Source of the DNA: Escherichia coli | GTDB lineage: Bacteria; Pseudomonadota; Gammaproteobacteria; Enterobacterales; Enterobacteriaceae | Direction: 5' to 3' (one strand) | NCBI RefSeq assembly: GCF_003334385.1 | Contig: NZ_QOWN01000022.1 | Length of the DNA stretch: 64,000 bases | In this document: one piece after another, positions 61,213 to 64,000 of the stretch | Layout of the letters: each line of letters begins with the position of its first letter | Position numbering within the stretch: position 1 is the stretch's first letter | Program-made: the position numbers and the translations under genes | Notes under the pieces: generated by a model | Told to the model about the DNA's origin: nothing | Seen by the model: the letters and a program-made list of their open reading frames with translations, nothing else | Databases searched by the model: none

Positions 61213-61422
61213 TTAATTTGAATACAATGCAATTCTCGAGGACTGAAGTTTCTCGCAATTAAAATTTATCAGTTTTACTTTCTGCTCTCTGGAAACGCCT
61301 GCTTCTTTTTTACCTGAGAGCATTTTTTCGCATTCTGATTTCGTTAGTTTAGATTTTGAATATCTTGTCCAGTTAGTAGGAGTGCCACCTTCCTTTTCAA
61401 TAGTGGCGGTAATTTTATACAT
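61213..61422 (-). CDS. rcbA: Rac prophage protein RcbA (YdaC), 69 aa
   Basis: The start was set at the ATG giving MYKITATIEKEGGTP. It overlaps the ralR stop by 8 nt. Confidence 0.8.
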   Translation of the reverse strand: MYKITATIEKEGGTPTNWTRYSKSKLTKSECEKMLSGKKEAGVSREQKVKLINFNCEKLQSSRIALYSN

Positions 61423-61609
61423 GAACACCTCCATTATTATTTCCAGTGGTTCGTTTATTCCATCTTTCGAGTGCTTCTTTTTCACTTCCACCATAACCGG
61501 TTCGGGATTCGCATCCGTTACACTTCGCTCGGTAATATCCTGAAATGGCTTTCACCGTTACTGATGGACAACCACAAAATGGACATGGTTTAACATTGTC
61601 ATATCTCAT
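61415..61609 (-). CDS. ralR: Rac prophage RalR (Lar): small Cys4 protein, restriction alleviation / type I toxin, 64 aa
   Basis: MRYDNVKPCPFCGCPSVTVKAISGYYRAKCNGCESRTGYG shows a CxxC-N17-CxxC zinc-ribbon pattern. The start is at ATG 61607-61609. Confidence 0.88.
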   Translation of the reverse strand: MRYDNVKPCPFCGCPSVTVKAISGYYRAKCNGCESRTGYGGSEKEALERWNKRTTGNNNGGVHV

Positions 61610-61637
61610 AATTTTTCTCATAAAAATATTTCAAGTT

Positions 61638-61656
61638 GGCGGTGCATTACACCGCC
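61638..61656 (-). other. Stem-loop between the recT stop and the ralR start
   Basis: ggcggtg-catta-caccgcc is a 7-bp stem. On the minus strand it is followed by aacttgaaatattttt, a weak T tract. Confidence 0.5.
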
Positions 61657-61664
61657 AGGCTGAA

Positions 61665-62474
61665 TTATTCCTCTGAATTATCGATTACACTGTATTCCCC
61701 GGTTAATACAGAGGAATCTGCAGGATCGATTGTCAGTGGTTCCTTTTCATCCATTGATACTGCACGCTGGATCTCAATTGATACGGGCAGATATTTGAAC
61801 AGGCGACGAATAGCCGTTTTCTTTGCCATTTCTTCCCAGTGAGTTACCCACGGCCCGTTATTACCAGCTTTACTCAGGCTGCGCACCAGCTCAATCTGTT
61901 TGCGCGTCATAACTTCAAACTGAGTACCTCCGTCTTTCAGTCTTGCGACAGCATAGACGTGGGTAACCGGGGCATCTTCGTTTTCTCCCGGGCGGTGTAT
62001 TAACTTTTCATCAAGGCCAAATTCGAAGCTAAACTCGTCACCTTCACGGACAACACGGGCTGACAGGCTGGCGATTTGACCAGAACGGCGAGCCAGATCA
62101 ATCATGCCGCGATAGCCAATGATTAGCTGAACGTTCTTTTTACCGCTCTTTTCGTTTTTATTACCAAAAGGCAGTAAATATGCATGACCGAGGGCGCTAC
62201 CTGGCTCAAGTCCGAGCTGTGAACACTGTACGATCGCACTGACAAAACTCATAGTGTCACAGTTTCCTAACGCCGGAACTTTACGAATTTCTGTGGTGGC
62301 GATACGGATCATACGTTCAGCCGTCATATGGCGTGGAAGAGCTGCTGCCAGTTGCTCTTTCATTGATGGCTGGTTAATAAAACTAATCACGTCGCTATTT
62401 TTAACTGCTGCTGGTGCACGGTTTCCCTGAGTTTTTTGCAGATCGGCTTTTGCGATTGGTGGTTGCTTAGTCAT
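61665..62474 (-). CDS. recT: Rac prophage single-strand annealing recombinase RecT, 269 aa
   Basis: RecT-family ORF. The start is at the ATG giving [14 protein letters not shown]. It overlaps the recE stop by 8 nt. Confidence 0.96.
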   Translation of the reverse strand: MTKQPPIAKADLQKTQGNRAPAAVKNSDVISFINQPSMKEQLAAALPRHMTAERMIRIATTEIRKVPALGNCDTMSFVSAIVQCSQLGLEPGSALGHAYLLPFGNKNEKSGKKNVQLIIGYRGMIDLARRSGQIASLSARVVREGDEFSFEFGLDEKLIHRPGENEDAPVTHVYAVARLKDGGTQFEVMTRKQIELVRSLSKAGNNGPWVTHWEEMAKKTAIRRLFKYLPVSIEIQRAVSMDEKEPLTIDPADSSVLTGEYSVIDNSEE

Positions 62475-64000
62475 TTGCATATTCCTTAGCCCAGCGGGGC
62501 AGTGATAATGTCTTAATAGCTGGCCATTCATCGGTATTCAGGCAGTCAGACAGGGTTCGCAGATTGCGGTGATATTCCTGTTGACCTGCCAGTTTTGCTT
62601 CTTCGCCCATCATGAAAATTTCAACCGGATAACGTCCGCATTCAATAGTTGTGCTGGCAACCAGAAAAACGAAAGTTGGCTGCACTCCAAACTGTGCTTC
62701 ATAACCGTCACTGTAGAATGCATCCTGAACGTGATAGCGGTAGTCGTAATAAGCGGTTTTGAATCGTTGAATATCCGCCGTAGTTTTCACGTCCATGATC
62801 CAGTGAAATTCAGGGATAATTTTGTCCGGACGGCACCGACACAAAATTCCTGTTTCAGGATCTTCCCAGTAAATTGATGATTCAGCGTGTCCGGCGCTTT
62901 CAACAAGCCATTGCCCCAGCGGCAAAGCCATAACGCTTTGATACATGAGTTCAATTTTCCGGCCTTCTTCCGCAGTGATAACCGTTTTTCCTGTGCTTGC
63001 GCATTCCATCAGAAACGCTTTCTCTTCTTCTTTTCCGGCGTTTGTACGGCGGTTAAATTCAGGTGCTACGATAAAGCGGTTACTGAATTCTTCCGGTTCA
63101 AGTACCCGGCAGTGGAAAGCAGTTCCTAAATCGAGCGTTTTTGTCTTTGTGGTGTTCACGGGGGCATTTTTACGCCACAAATATAGTGCCGGAGTATCAG
63201 CAATGTCATCGAGCTGAGACTTACTGATACCGGGACCCGCGTGGTAATTCTCATTCGAAATTCCGTAATAAATACCTGGCTCTATGTCTTCTACGATTAC
63301 GGGATCTGCGACTTCGCCAGTTTCATCACTGCAATCGCGATGCGGATCGCTGCCAGCATTCTCATTGTGCGGATGTTCAGCGCCTTCCATTTCCTCCGGA
63401 TCATTTTCCTTAGCTTCAACCTGACTCTCTTCATCGAATGTTTCCTGGTATGTTGCGTCGCCCATCACCGCACCACAGTCAGGGCCGTTATCCCCGCCAG
63501 TCTGGCCGCAGGCATTGCAGGCTATTTCCGGTTCCTGTTGCACTACTGGCTCAGGTTGATTCATATCTGGGCTGGTTTTTTCCGTTTCTGGCTGGTTCTG
63601 GTACACACAATCGCGAGTCTGGATCCCCTTTACCCATTTCGGATCGTTCGGGTCGCTAATTCCGTCAACAAATTCACCACGTGATGCAGCAAGCAATTTA
63701 TCGGCATCGACAGGATTTTTTGATGGAATGTTTTTCCGGGCTTCATGGAGTTCTGCCCGCAGTTCCTGATATTTCGCATCAACAGAATTTACCTGTGACT
63801 GAGCATCCAGCGGCTGCGTGTCCTGATGATGTTCAGTTGCGTCCGGTTCCATTGTTTCAGCCTCTCCCTGTTCAACTGCCGTTGTTCCAGATGGTTGCGG
63901 TTTTTCTTCATCATCCTGTTTTCCTTCTTCTGTTACTCGCTGCGGCATCGGGGCAGAGGAGCGACCGCAGGCAATATCCACGATTTCCGGATCAGGGTTG
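62467..64000 (-). CDS. recE: Rac prophage exonuclease VIII RecE, C-terminal about 511 codons (5' end lies beyond the window)
   Basis: The frame stays open to the window edge (...[15 protein letters not shown]...). The C-terminal nuclease domain ends ...[13 protein letters not shown]. There is an acidic low-complexity linker upstream. Confidence 0.95.
   Translation of the reverse strand, partial: NPDPEIVDIACGRSSAPMPQRVTEEGKQDDEEKPQPSGTTAVEQGEAETMEPDATEHHQDTQPLDAQSQVNSVDAKYQELRAELHEARKNIPSKNPVDADKLLAASRGEFVDGISDPNDPKWVKGIQTRDCVYQNQPETEKTSPDMNQPEPVVQQEPEIACNACGQTGGDNGPDCGAVMGDATYQETFDEESQVEAKENDPEEMEGAEHPHNENAGSDPHRDCSDETGEVADPVIVEDIEPGIYYGISNENYHAGPGISKSQLDDIADTPALYLWRKNAPVNTTKTKTLDLGTAFHCRVLEPEEFSNRFIVAPEFNRRTNAGKEEEKAFLMECASTGKTVITAEEGRKIELMYQSVMALPLGQWLVESAGHAESSIYWEDPETGILCRCRPDKIIPEFHWIMDVKTTADIQRFKTAYYDYRYHVQDAFYSDGYEAQFGVQPTFVFLVASTTIECGRYPVEIFMMGEEAKLAGQQEYHRNLRTLSDCLNTDEWPAIKTLSLPRWAKEYAND

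Larger units (their letters stand above)
59581..64000. mobile_element. Left arm of the defective lambdoid prophage Rac (continues beyond the window)
   Basis: Integrase, excisionase, rcbA, ralR, recT and recE occur in the K-12 order, all on the minus strand. The region is visibly more AT-rich than the flanking core genes. Confidence 0.9.

Noticed and set aside
59682-64000. Rac segment considered as a candidate novel defence or mobile system
   Set aside because: All ORFs match the known Rac genes in the known order (intR, xisR, rcbA, ralR, recT, recE). No extra cargo gene is present in the part visible here.

Overview
I recognise this window, gene for gene, as a contiguous stretch of the Escherichia coli K-12 chromosome, at about MG1655 1.35-1.41 Mb from memory (not searched). 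In order it holds: ycjD; sapABCDF (minus strand); ymjA; the full puu putrescine cluster (puuP-puuA / puuD-puuR-puuC-puuB-puuE); pspF / pspABCDE; the co-directional ycjM-to-ycjV-ompG sugar cluster with its LacI-type regulator ycjW; ycjX-ycjF; tyrR; tpx; the murein-peptide genes ycjG, mpaA and mppA, separated by ymjC'-ycjY-pgrR; ynaI; ynaJ; uspE; fnr; ogt; abgT-abgB-abgA / abgR; sRNA McaS; smrA; dgcM; zntB; sRNA FnrS; dbpA; ttcA; and the left arm of the Rac prophage (attL core, intR, xisR, rcbA, ralR, recT, and the 3' part of recE, which runs off the window). REP/BIME units and one ERIC/IRU element fill several intergenic gaps. I saw no rRNA, tRNA or CRISPR array.

I do not see a convincing, wholly undescribed multi-gene system. 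This is a heavily studied core region plus a known prophage arm. The observations most worth a second look are:
1. A 1-nt frameshift splits puuC inside the conserved aldehyde-dehydrogenase motif. It is the only gene in the window not at its expected length.
2. A 57-codon alternating X-Pro ORF with a DPPPD motif sits between the FnrS terminator and dbpA.
3. A 30-bp repeat (28/30 identical) lies just upstream of both mpaA and mppA and brackets the ymjC'-ycjY-pgrR block.
4. An identical CG-centred 14-bp palindrome occurs at +3 of a predicted ycjM promoter and again just upstream of ycjU. It is a likely YcjW operator pair.
5. The heat-shock-type promoter in front of the still function-less ycjX-ycjF NTPase/membrane pair.
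6. A duplicated DUF559 3' end next to ycjD, and a perfect 16-bp stem that buries the ycjD start codon.

CDS starts were refined from the ORF track using remembered K-12 protein N-termini and local SD spacing. No database search was possible.
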